Assembly: GCF_046119375.1 (NCBI RefSeq)
Contig: NW_027362765.1
Coordinates: forward strand, 378,696,001-378,760,000
Direction of reading: 5' to 3'
DNA: 64,000 bases
Origin: Phyllobates terribilis
Taxonomy: Eukaryota
The notes beneath the pieces were generated by a model. That model saw nothing but the letters and a program-made list of their open reading frames with translations, did not search any database and was not told where the DNA came from. Positions within the stretch are counted from its first letter, which is position 1, and every line of letters begins with the position of its first letter. Of the stretch, positions 50,330 to 64,000 are shown one piece after another. The position numbers were made by a program, and so were the translations under genes.

Positions 50330-51790
50330 CAGTGGAGCACTACTATAATGATGACGTCCATGCAGTCAGCTCATGATGGGAGTTGTAGTCTTCTATGTTT
50401 AGAGTTCAACAGAATTGTATTATGCCCACATCCAGCAATAGGTCATGATGAGAGTTGTAGATTTCTATGTATAGGGAATAATAAAACTACCGTATACTAT
50501 GGTTGTGCTAATATCTCAGGTCATGTTGGGGGTTGTAGTATTCTAAGTAAAGCATAGTAGAATTGTTATTTGGACATATCCTGCAGGCGATTCACATTGG
50601 GGGTCTTAGTTTTCAATGTGTAGCGTATAAAGGTATTTTATTATATTCATGACGAATGGACGGGTCATGTTGGGAGTTGTAGTGCTCTATTCATAGGGCA
50701 TAATAGAATAGTAGAGTTGTGTCCAGTGGTCGTATCATGCTGGGGGTTGTAGTCTTATATGTATAGACTATAAAAGAATTATATTATAATCATGTCTTGT
50801 GGTTGGATCATGCTGGGGGTTGTAGTCTCTTATGTATAGAGTATGACAGAGCAATACTATAATCATGTCCAGCTTTTGGGTCTAAATGAGGGTTATAGTC
50901 CTTTATGTACAGAGTATAATAAAATATCATTATAATCATGTGCAGTGGTCTGGTAATGTTGGGGGTTGTAGTGCTCTACGTATAGAGAATAATAGAATAT
51001 CATTATAATCATGTGCAGTGGTCTGGTAATGTTGGGGGTTGTAGTGCTCTACGTATAGAGAATAATAGAATATCATTATAATCATGTGCAGTGGTCTGGT
51101 AATGTTGGGGGTTGTAGTGCTCTACGTATAGAGAATAGAATATCATTATAATCATGTCCAGTGGTCGGGTCATGTTGGGGGTTGTAGTGCTCTACGTATA
51201 AAGAATAATAGAATATCATTATAATCATGTCCAGTGGTCGGGTCATGTTGGGGGTTGTAGTGCTCTATGTATAAAGAATAATAGAATATCATTATAATCA
51301 TGTCCAGTGATCGGGTCATGTTGGGGGTTGTAGTGCTCTACGTATAAAGAATTATAGAATATCATTATAATCGTGTCCAGTGGTCGAGTAATGTTGGGGG
51401 TTGTAGTGCTCTACGTATAAAGAATTATAGAATATCATTATAATCGTGTCCAGTGGTCGGGTCATGTTGGGGGTTGTGGTATTTGATATATTAAGTACAA
51501 TGGAATTATATAATGGTCTTGTGCGGTATTTTTTTCACATTGGGAGTAGTAGTGCTTTTTGTATAGACTATAATAGAAATATTATTTTAATTACGCCCAG
51601 GGGGTCATGTTGGGAGGTGTAGTACTGTGTGTGTAGAGATAAAATAGGTCAATAATGTAATTGTATTATGATCGGGACCAGAATTATGATCATGGTGGGG
51701 GTTGTAGTCTTCTTTGTATTGAGTATAATAGAATTGTACTTTTTGGTCCGATCATGTTGGGAGGTGTAGTGATGATCTTATTCGGGGTTG
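50330..51790. repeat. 73-bp minisatellite with homogeneous core and diverged flanks
   Basis: tgcagtgg at 50941, 51014 and 51087; core about 50930-51480. Confidence 0.9.
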
Positions 51791-51889
51791 TAATACACAT
51801 CTCCTATTCCATTAGTAGATATCCTCTATATCTATCCCCTATTCCATATATAAGACGTCTTATTATCGGACGTCTTCAGGTCATCTTAC

Positions 51890-52260
51890 CTGTGAGTGTA
51901 GGATCCCTCTTCTCTCTGTGGCTCTGACTCTGCTCTTCTTCTACTGCTCTATCATGAAACTTTTGGAGTGGTCCTCCTCGCAGGTGGTCCTTCTCCTCCT
52001 AAGTCTCCGCTCCTTTCTTCCCAGTTGTCTTCTGTGTCGTCGTGTATTTTCTGTTCTTTGTTACTCCTTTTTAATGCCTCAATTCTTTCTTCTCTGTTCC
52101 TTTCTCCACTTTTGTCCTACGGGTCAGACCCTTACACCTTAGTAGAGGGGGTCGCTCCCTTTACTCCAAAGTAGTGGGATCGCTCCCCTCCACTTGCTTC
52201 CCTTTCCTTTCTCCTAGTAATCTAGTTCTCCCACCTGCCCTGTGGACTGCGGAGGTATGA
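51890..52260 (-). other. Candidate GNB3 non-coding first exon
   Basis: Unique, purine-rich (- strand) segment closed in all three frames and ending in a strong donor CAG|GTAAGA at 51890/51889. The GNB3 ATG exon is preceded by an acceptor, so an upstream exon must exist. Confidence 0.45.
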
Positions 52261-52466
52261 GAGAGCACTCCAGGGGAGGGGGAAACAGACGGGAGGGGGC
52301 TGGTGTTGGAGGAGGAGAAGGAATGAGGCTAAAAGCCGATTTGGAGTTAAATGCTTAAATGCAAAGCAGTTTGCAAATGGGAGAACAGGAGCCAGGAAAT
52401 CAAAGGCTGCGTGTGTGAGTGTGTATGTAGGTGATTAGTGTATGTATGTATGTGTGTGTGTATGTA

Positions 52467-53790
52467 CAGTGGATATAGAAAGTTTACACACCCCTATGAA
52501 AATGCCATTTTTTTGTCATGTAAAAAAAATCATATTAAGAAGAATCATTTCAGAACATTTTCCACCTTTTATGTTGCCCATAATCTGTACAAATCCATTG
52601 AGAAACAAACTGAAATCATTTTGAAGGGGGGGAATAAAAAGAACAAAACTAAAATAAGTGTGAACACCCTATTATTATAGGGGATGTGGTTGTGTTCAGA
52701 ATCAGCCAATCACATTTACACTCATGGTACATTGTAGTCAGTACACAGCTGCAGTCATTTACAGGGATTCTGATTAACTCCAGAGAAAGTTTTGCTCTTC
52801 TAGAAGGATTTTTCTGACATTTTCTCATTTGCATTTTACAGCACAAGCCGTAAACAGCTGACAACACAGCAAAGGAATCTCACTGCTGAAAGTTACCAGT
52901 CAGGAGAAGGGTACAAAAAAATTCCAAGGCATTAGATCTACCATGGACACTGTGAAGACATCACAAGAAATGGCCTAAATTTGGCATAATAGTGATGTTA
53001 CCTAGAAGTGGATGTCCCTCAAAAACTGATGAACAGAGAAGAGGAAAATTGGTATGGGAGGCTGCGAAGAGGCTTATAGCAACATTAAAGGAGCTGCAGG
53101 AATTTCTGGCCATTTCTGGTTGTGTACTGCATGTGACGAAAAACTCCCATATTCTTCATATGTCTGGCCTGTGGGATAGGGGAGCAAAATAGAAACCTTT
53201 TCTTACATAGGAAAACATCCAAGGCCGGCTATGTTTTGTCAAAAGCATGTGGGAAAATGTTTTATGGTCTGATGGTGGAACTTTTTGGATATAATTCCAA
53301 AAGGTATGCTTGACACTAAGTCAAGGATGCGTATCACCAAAAGAACACCATACCCACAGTGAAGCATTGTGGAGTTCAGCATTATGCTTTGGGGCTGTTT
53401 TTCGGCAGCTGGAACTGGGGCTTCAAGGTGGAGGGAACAATGAACAATTCCAAATATGAGTCAATTTTGGATTAGACCCTTCAGGCCTCTGCTAAAGATC
53501 TGAAGATGAATTTCACCTTCCAGCATGACAACGACCCTAATCACCAAAATAACAGCTTCACCAAAATAAGATCAAAGTTTTGGAATGGCCGACACAGAGC
53601 CCAGACATGAATCCAATAGAACATCTGTGGGTGACCTGAAGAGGGCACTGTACACAGGAGATACTATAGCAAGGAAGAGGGGGCAAAGATTGCCAATTCT
53701 AGATGTGCCGTGCTGATAGACTCCGACCCAAAAAGACTGAATGCTGTCAGGAATTCAAAGGGTTCTTCAACAAAATATTATTAATTTGTC
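52467..53790 (+). mobile_element. Decayed Tc1 element, 3' end lost
   Basis: TA-cagtggatatagaaagtttacacaccc; transposase remnants LPRSGCPSK, QHDNDP and SPDMNPIE. Confidence 0.8.
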
Positions 53791-53799
53791 ATATAAAAG

Positions 53800-54400
53800 T
53801 CTCTTCTTCTTGTCTGCCGTCCTCAGTAGTGGCTTCTTTGCAATAATTTGACCATAAAGGCCTGATTTTTTGCAGTCTCCTCTGGAGAGTTGCTGCTGAG
53901 ATGTGTCGGCTACTTAATGTCTGTGCATCATTTATGAAGGCTGTTATCTGAGCTGCTGTCAATTTGTGGTTTCTGAGACTGAGAACTCTGATGAACTTAT
54001 CCTCTGCAGCAGAGGTAATTCTTGGTCTTTCTTTCCTGGGACGGTCCTCATGAGAACCAGTTTCACCATAGTGATTGATGGTTTTTATGATTGCACTTGA
54101 GAGTATCTTCATGGTTCTAGAAATTTTCCAGACTGACTGACCTTCATGCCTTAAAGTAATGATGGACTGCTTTTTCTCTTTACTAAGTTGAGTGGTTCTT
54201 ACCATGTTCTGGCTTAGATTAATTGTTGAATAGGGCTCAGCAATGTATGGAGCTGTGTGCCATCGCTGAGTCTGCAAAGTCCTCCTGATAGTCTCAAACA
54301 CCTTCTGAAAGTCGGTGATTCCACAAATGATCTCTTGATGAGGCCACCTGTTCATTGGAAGCCATTCCAGGTGACTATATGATGACGCTGCTTGAAAAAA
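53800..54400 (-). pseudogene. Older 5' fragment related to the DD38E copies
   Basis: QLSKEKKQSIITLRHEGQSV...GSHEDRPRKERPRITSAAEDKFIRV aligns with the N-terminus of copies A/B. Confidence 0.8.
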
Positions 54401-55159
54401 ACAATGGGGTGTAAAGCTGTCATCAGACGGATCTATCCCTGGACCCAATGCAAAATCTCTTATAGGACCCCCCATATAATTTGCTCATCCCACAATTTAT
54501 AATACTGGTGTCTTCTTATATGGGGTCTTGGGGCCCTCAGTGATCAGTTCCGGGGTGTTGCACCCCTATAGCTATAGTCTCATGTTACAGATCTATGCAG
54601 ACCTCCATTGTTAGTTCCCCCCCTCCGGAAGCGAAGCCCATGGCTTTGTATGACGCTACGTTATGTAGGTTTGTGGGTTTTCACTAATCTGATGACCCCG
54701 TAGTAAACACACAATGAAATGCTCCATTAATAGTAAATTAATGTTCCGGATTATACTCCGTGCCCCCAGGCGCCTGCCTGTGATATCAGTGATAATGGAG
54801 GAGATCCTCCTGTCCCTGCACCACGATCGGGATGGATCAGCACTGATCATTAGGTGATACGGGGGAGATTGTGGGTCTGGAGGGTCTGGACCAGAATGTG
54901 ACAGAAGATACGGCTATTACTGGGCTGCTCCGGAGAACAGGTCTGCGTCGCTGTGATTTCTGTTTTCTGATTTTAGCTTCTGGTAAATCCTCTTGAGCTG
55001 CATCTGTTGAACCTGCTGTTATCCTGAGCAAAGCAGATAATACTCCATAACCCCAGGATTGCCTGCCCTGTCCTACCTCTCCTCTACAAGCGCTTCCTGG
55101 CGCTGCGTCCAATAATAGCACTGATTGTCCTACATCTCTGCTCTACCAACACTGTCCTG

Positions 55160-55930
55160 TCACCTCTCCTCTGCAAACTCTTCCTGGGAGCATGGCTTCC
55201 CTAATAGCACCCCCCACATCACCACTCCCCTATTATCAGTGCCCTATTCTGCCTCTCTCTGCAAGCTCTTCCTGGCACCACAGCTTCCTTAATAGCACCC
55301 CCCCACACACATCATCACTCCCCAATTATCAGTGCCCTATTCTGCCTCTCCTCTGTAAACTCTTCCTGGCATCAAGGCTTCCCTAAAAGCACCCCCCCCA
55401 CACACACACACATCATCACTCCCCTATTATCAGTGCCCTATTCTGCCTCTCCTCTGCAAACTCTTCCCGGGAGCATGGGTTCCCTAATAGCACCCCCCAC
55501 ATCACCACTCCCCTATTATCAGTGCCCTATTCTGCCTCTCTCTGCAAGCTCTTCCTGGCACCACAGCTTCCTTAATAGCACCCCCCCACACACACACACA
55601 CATCATCACTCCCCTATTATCAGTGCCCTATTCTGCATTTCCTCTGCAAACTCTTCCTGGCACCACAGCTTCCTTAATAGCACCCCCACATAATCACTCC
55701 CCTATTATCAGTGCCCTATTCTGCCTCTCCTCTGCAAACTCTTCCTGGCACCACAGCTTCCTTAATAGCACCCCCCCATCATCACTCCCCTATTATCAGT
55801 GCCCTATTCGGCCTCTCCTCTGCAAACTCTTCCCATCACTAAATGCAATAATAGCACAGACCTGTCCTGTATCTCTACCAACTCTGTGCTGTCACTTCTC
55901 TGCTGCAAACTCTTCCTGGCATCTCAGATT
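55160..55930. repeat. About 90-110-bp tandem repeat
   Basis: Recurring ctgcaaactcttcctggcaccacagcttccttaatagcaccccc...catcactcccctattatcagtgccctattctgcctctc, about 7 copies. Confidence 0.9.
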
Positions 55931-56714
55931 CCCTATTAGCAAACCTCCCTATCATCACCCGCTGGCGGACACAGACAGAAGAGGGCGGTGCTCGGACCCC
56001 AGTGATCAGTCTTTTATCCCTTACCCTATTGATAATGGATAAATTACTATTTTGGAAAATAAAACCTTTAAACGGGACTAAGCCTGCAATACCAAACCGA
56101 GCCTATGGACAAGAGTGGCGCTGTTTTTATGTTCTACCCTCTCTTCAGTTATTACCCAGTTCTGCCTCTTTTGCCACCTTGACACGCAGTACAATGTGTT
56201 CCTGTAGGTGCTCTATAGGGGTTTTCAGCACCCTAATACAGATCTCTTACACAGGACGCAGCATTAGAAAATTCCTCAAAATCTGTTTTCTTTGAGGTTG
56301 CAGCAGGACAGAAATAACAGGTTCTTCAGACCGAGTAAGACCTGTCATAAAAGAAGGAAAACCTGTTTAATCAATGGATCCTTTTCTTTCTCGCGCCGGG
56401 ATGTAGATTCTTCAAACCGAAATATAATGAAAGTAAAGGTTAAGGGCATTGCCTAAATATTCACACCCCAACATAATGGTGTTATTAGTGTCAATAATGA
56501 CGATGCCCTGCAGAGATGTGCGCAAAACCCTAATCACCTCTAGCGTCTAACAGAACTGTCAGCAGAACATAGAATGAATTACAGTCTGTATTGTACTCCG
56601 GAGCTGCATTCACAATTGTGCAAGTTACAGAGCTGAAATCACCCAGCATTCCCTACTCGTCAGTGTAAGCTGAAAGCATGGTGATTTGTATTCTCAGGAC
56701 TGTTATGTTTACAC

Positions 56715-58710
56715 GACTCTTGTCTGGACTACTGCAACTCTCTTCTGACGCGCCTCCAGGGCCGTGGGGTACTCGGCAGCCGGGCCTCTGGTTGCCGGGG
56801 GATATCACGGTGGCTGGCCCGGTCCGTGGCCCAGGGCGGTCACTCAAAAGGGGAATAGTTATAGGGGATTTAAGTGTTCGTGACACCACCTGTGGAATGC
56901 GGCTATGTGGAGCCGCCGCTGCGGAGCAGTCCTCTGGAGCTGGTGTTACGGCAGCAGGGGTGGTGTGGCTCTCCACGGGTAGAGCTAGCTCCAGGGCAGT
57001 GTAGGTGAATGGTGGTTGCGCTGGGCGTTGTAGTGCAGGGAGGGAATGATGGCGCAGACTAAATCATTTGACAGAGGCGGTGCAGTGCAGTCATCTGTGT
57101 CTTTACTCACAGTTCTTTAGTTCCACAGGGTGCACTGTCAGCTTACAGCCTCCCACGTCGCGCTGCGTTCACCAGGCAGGGGTTCAGCTCTTCCTCAGGG
57201 GATTTAGGAATGCCTGACAGAACCCCACTTTCTCGTGTTCCTCTCTAGACCAACTTCACTCTGGGTCTTTCTCCCTCCTGTCCTGCGCTGCCCACTCTCA
57301 ATCCTGCTCGGGTGCTCTGAAGTCCTTCCTGTACGTCGGATCCCGGACCAACTTGACCCTCCTGGGGAGTAGAATGCGGCTTACGATCCCTCTGTCTTCT
57401 GACAGATTCGGGGCGTACGGGTGCCGTCCTGCACTCGCCGTACCCCCTAGGATCGCTTTTGACAGAACGGAGCCTTCTCCCTGCTCCACTCCTGGGCCTC
57501 CAGACTTGGCCCTACTTGTGGAGCAGAGCTCCTAATGAGACTCTACCCCCGGACTGTTCTTCTGAACTGCTCTTCACTGAACCTAACTCTGATCTAACTG
57601 TTCTGAACTCTCACCCTAAGATGGCTTCCCTATTTTATACTCCTACCAAAGTGCTCCCCCTAACTACTTCCTCCCACACCCACTACTGGTTCCCCCTACC
57701 TTTGGGTTCCCCCCACTCCAGCCAGGGTCAGGGCTCAGCAGAAAACATACATTGCATCTTGCCCCTCCAGCTGGCCTGGAGCAGTGTAGTGTTGGATGCA
57801 GGTGTTGGGGGTACCTAAGAGAAGGAGACACCACACCTCTGGGTGAGGTGCAGTACCTCTGTGGCGACTGAACCCTCAGGGGCGCCACACTTATGATCGG
57901 TCTCCCTCTTACCAACCTTTCTCCTCTCCAATCTGTCCTGAATGCGGCAGCCAGGGTCGCATTTCTGTCCAGCCGCTGTGCCAGTCATTACACTGGTTGC
58001 CCATTCACTACAGGGTACAATATAAACTCATCGCTCTCGCCCACAAAGCTCTCCACAGTTCTGCACCGCCTTATATCTCCTCTCTCATCTCTGCCTATCG
58101 CCCTACACGTGACCTCCGTTCTACAAATGACCTAAGACTAACATCCCCCATAATCCGAACCTCGCACCTCCGTCTCCAAGCCTTCTCTCGTGCTGCGCCA
58201 GTTCTCTGGAATGCTCTACCCCAGACGATCCGACTGATGCCTAGCCCCCATGTCTTCAAGCGCGCTTTAAAAACCCATCTCTTTAAACAAGCCTACCACC
58301 TCAACTAGTCAGTAAACTAACTTTCCCCTGTTCCCTCCTTCTAAATATTATTCAGAATCTGCCCCTTACCATTCATCTGTCTCCACACCCTCCATGCACA
58401 AGATAACTGCTCTCGATACTTGATTATTGCACTTAAGCATACAGGCTGATGACCGGATCATACAGCTTTATATGAAAATCTCTATTTATTATAATTGCCA
58501 GACCTGAAATAACAAGCGCTTTTCACCTATTGTGTCCCCCCATTTCCTTGTAGAATGTAAGCAGCGAGCAGCCGGACCCTCACTCCTAATGTAACTGTTT
58601 AAACTGTCTCACCTTGTATTGAATTTATTGTCTGTACATGTCCCCGCTTAATTGTAAAGTGCTGCAGAATATGTTGGCACTATATAAATAAAAATTATTA
58701 TTATTATTAT
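56715..58710 (+). mobile_element. 5'-truncated L2-like LINE 3' end, split by an LTR
   Basis: LDYCNSL | IGLPLTNLSPLQSVLNAAAR...APVLWNALP...FKRALKTHLFKQAY* (stop 58308); 3' tail aataaaa(att)n. Confidence 0.85.
56746..57889 (-). mobile_element. Solo-LTR-like element
   Basis: Right end reads TGTGGCGCC on the - strand; TATAAAA at 57633-57639 (-); imperfect TSD cttc(t)/ctta(t); interrupts the L2 reading frame. Confidence 0.7.
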
Positions 58711-58716
58711 TATATA

Positions 58717-60355
<1,639 letters not shown>

Positions 60356-60437
60356 TAGTTTTCTAATGTAGGAAAAATTAACTGTCCCCCTCCACCATTA
60401 GTTTGCTGACTGGTTCTGATGAATAAGATTAGTAATA

Positions 60438-62832
60438 CAGGTGCATCTCACTAAATTAGAATATAGTCAAAAAGTTAATTTATTTCAGTTCTTCAATACA
60501 AAAAGTGAAACTCATATATTATATAGAGTCATTACACGCAGAGGGATCTATTATATAGAGTCATTACACGCAGAGGGATCTATTATATAGAGTCATTACA
60601 CGCAGAGGGATCTATTATATAGAGTCATTACACGCAGAGGGATCTATTATATAGAGTCATTACACGCAGAGGGATCTATTATATAGAGTCATTACACGCA
60701 GAGGGATCTATTATATAGAGTCATTACACACAGAGCGATCTATTATATAGAGTCATTACACACAGAGCGATCTATTATATAGAGTCATTACACGCAGAGG
60801 GATCTATTATATAGAGTCATTACACGCAGAGGGATCTATTATATAGAGTCATTACACACAGAGCGATCTATTATATAGAGTCATTACACACAGAGCGATC
60901 TATTATATAGAGTCATTACACACAGAGCGATCTATTATATAGAGTCATTACACACAGAGGGATCTATTATATAGAGTCATTACACGCAGAGTGATCTATT
61001 ATATAGAGTCATTACACGCAGAGGGATCTATTATATAGAGTCATTACACACAGAGGGATCTATTATATAGAGTCATTACACACAGAGGGATCTATTATAT
61101 AGAGTCATTACACACAGAGGGATCTATTATATAGAGTCATTACACACAGAGGGATCTATTATATAGAGTCATTACACACAGAGGGATCTATTATATAGAG
61201 TCATTACACACAGAGCGATCTATTATATAGAGTCATTACACGCAGAGCGATCTATTATATAGAGTCATTACACGCAGAGCGATCTATTATATAGAGTCAT
61301 TACACGCAGAGGGATCTATTATATAGAGTCATTACACGCAGAGTGATCTATTATATAGAGTCATTACACGCAGAGGGATCTATTATATAGAGTCATTACA
61401 CACAGAGGGATCTATTATATAGAGTCATTACACACAGAGGGATCTATTATATAGAGTCATTACACACAGAGGGATCTATTATATAGAGTCATTACACACA
61501 GAGGGATCTATTATATAGAGTCATTACACACAGAGGGATCTATTATATAGAGTCATTACACACAGAGGGATCTATTATATAGAGTCATTACACACAGAGG
61601 GATCTATTATATAGAGTCATTACACACAGAGGGATCTATTATATAGAGTCATTACACACAGAGGGATCTATTATATAGAGTCATTACACACAGAGGGATC
61701 TATTATATAGAGTCATTACACACAGAGAGATCTATTATATAGAGTCATTACAGACAGAGTGATCTATTTCACGTGTTTATTTCTGTTAATGTTGATGATT
61801 ATGGCTTACAGCCAATGAAAACACAAAAGTCATTATCTCAGTAAATTAGAATACTTTATAACAACAGCTTGAAAAATGTTTTTAAAATCTGAAATGTTTG
61901 TTCAGTAAATGCCTCAATACTTGGTCGGGCTCCTTCTGCATCAATTACTGCATCAATGCGGCAATGTGGCATGGAGGGATCAGCCTGTGGCATGGAGGGA
62001 TCAGCCTGTGGCTGCTGAGGTGTTATGGAAGCCCAGGTGGCTTTGATAGCAGCCTTCAGCTCGTCTGCATTGTTGGGTCTGGTGTCTCTCATCTTCCTCT
62101 TGACAATACCCCATAGATTCTCTATAATAGATTCTCTATGGGGTTAAGGTCAGGCGAGTTTGCTGCCAATCAAGCACAGTGATACTGTTGTGTGTAAACC
62201 AGGTATTGGTACTTTTGGCCGTGTGGACAGGGGCCAAGTCCTGCTGGAGAATGACATTTCCATCTCCATAAAGCTTGTCGGCAGAGGGAAGCATGAAGTG
62301 CTGTAACATGTCCTGGTAGACGGCTGCACTGACTTTGGTCTTGATAAAACACAGTGGACCTCCACCAGCAGATGACATGGCCCCCAAACCATCACTGATT
62401 GTGGAGACTTCACACTAGACCTCCAGCAGCTTGGATTGTGGCCTCTCCACTCTTCCTCCAGACTCTGGGACCTTGTGGAGTGTGTCAATGACTGCCTTCT
62501 GGACATCTGTTACGTCAGCAGTCTTCCCAATGATTGTGGAGCCTACTGAAACAGACTAAGGGACCTTTCTAAACGCTTAGGAAGCCTTTGCATGTGTTTT
62601 TTGTTAATTATAACGAGATAATGGCTTTTGTGTTTTCATTGGCTGTAAGCCATAATCATCAACATTAACAGAAATAAACACTTGAAATAGATCACTCTGT
62701 CTGTAATGACTCTATATAATAGATCACTCTGTCTGTAATGACTCTATATAATATATGAGTTTCACTTTTTGTATTGAAGAACTGAAATAGAATATCATCA
62801 AAAAGTTAATTCTAGTTTGTGAGATGCACCTG
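60438..62832 (-). mobile_element. Internally deleted Tc1 with an expanded left TIR
   Basis: TA-caggtgcatctcac...gtgagatgcacctg-TA; transposase remnants with QQDLAP on the - strand at 61856-62580. Confidence 0.9.
60517..61764. repeat. 39 x 32-bp array inside the Tc1 TIR
   Basis: Unit tattatatagagtcattacac(a/g)cagag(g/c/t)gatc; 1248 bp = 39 units. Confidence 0.97.
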
Positions 62833-62834
62833 TA

Positions 62835-64000
62835 TATGTGCAAAGTGATTCCACCAGCAGAATAGTGAGTGCAGCTCTGCAGTATAATACAGGATGTAAC
62901 TCAGGATCAGTAATGTAATGTATGTACACAGTGACTGCACCAGCAGAATAGTGAGTGCAGCTCTGGAGTATAATACAGGATGTAACTCAGGATCAGTAAT
63001 GTAATGTATGTACACAGTGACTGCACCAGCAGAATAGTGAGTGCAGCTCTGGAGTATAATACAGGATGTAACTCAGGATCAGTACAGGATCAGTAATGTA
63101 ATGTATGTACACAGTGACTGCAGCAGCAGAATAGTGAGTGCAGCTCTGGAGTATAATACAGGATGTAACTCAGGATCAGTACAGGATCAGTAATGTAATG
63201 TATGTACACAGTGACTGCACCAGCAGAATAGTGAGTGCAGCTCTGGAGTATAATACAGGACGTAACTCCGGATCAGTACAGGATTAGTAATGTAATGTAT
63301 GTACACAGTGACTGCACCAGCAGAATAGTGAGTGCAGCTCTGGAGTATAATACAGGATGTACCTCAGGATCAGTAATGTAATGTATGTACAAAGTGACTG
63401 CACCAGCAGAATAGTGAGTGCAGCTCTGGAGTATAATACAGGACGTAACTCCGGATCAGTACAGGATTAGTAATGTAATGTATGTACAAAGTGACTGAAC
63501 CAGCAGAATAGTGAGTGCAGCTCTGGAGTATAATACAGGATGTACCTCAGGATCAGTACAGGATCAGTAAAGTAATGTATGTACACAGCTACTGCACCAG
63601 CAGAATAGTGAGTGCAGCTCTGGAGTATAATACAGGATGTAACTCAGGATCAGTACAGGATCAGTAATGTAATGTATGTACACAGTGACTGCACCAGCAG
63701 AATAGTGAGTGCAGCTCTGGAGTATAATACAGGATGTAACTCAGGATCAGTACAGGATCAGTAATGTAATGTATGTACACAGTGACTGCACCAGCAGAAT
63801 AGTGAGTGCAGCTCTGGAGTATAATACAGGACGTAACTCCGGATCAGTAATGTAATGTATGTACACAGTGACTGCACCAGCAGAATAGGAAGTGCAGCTC
63901 TGGAGTATAATACAGGATGTAACTCAGGATCAGTACAGGATCAGTAATGTAATGTATGTACACAGTGACTGCACCAGCAGAATAGTGAGTGCGGCTCTGG
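62835..64000. repeat. 97/86-bp satellite, runs off the right edge
   Basis: Same monomer as 39476-42146. Confidence 0.97.

Overview
Vertebrate genomic DNA, most likely a frog (inferred from the repeat families and protein divergence). It carries the conserved USP5-CDCA3-GNB3 block, syntenic to human 12p13. USP5 (- strand) has coding exons 1-10 in the window and runs off the left edge. CDCA3/Tome-1 (+ strand) is complete, 250 aa, with an NF-Y/CDE-CHR promoter and a 3'UTR with Pumilio/CPE motifs. GNB3 (- strand) is complete, 340 aa, with a candidate non-coding first exon near 52 kb. All listed splice junctions were checked by hand for GT-AG and reading-frame phase. The rest is dense in repeats: many Tc1/mariner elements, including two near-intact DD38E (Intruder-type) copies with long TIRs that overlap the ORF, two solo-LTR-like elements, an L2 LINE 3' end, T2/Kolobok- and Harbinger-type MITEs, and several minisatellites. 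The most unusual signal is tandem arrays arising inside transposons: 18 x 71 bp at a transposase stop codon, and 39 x 32 bp in one TIR versus 2 copies in the other. No prokaryotic system, CRISPR array or RNA gene was supported.
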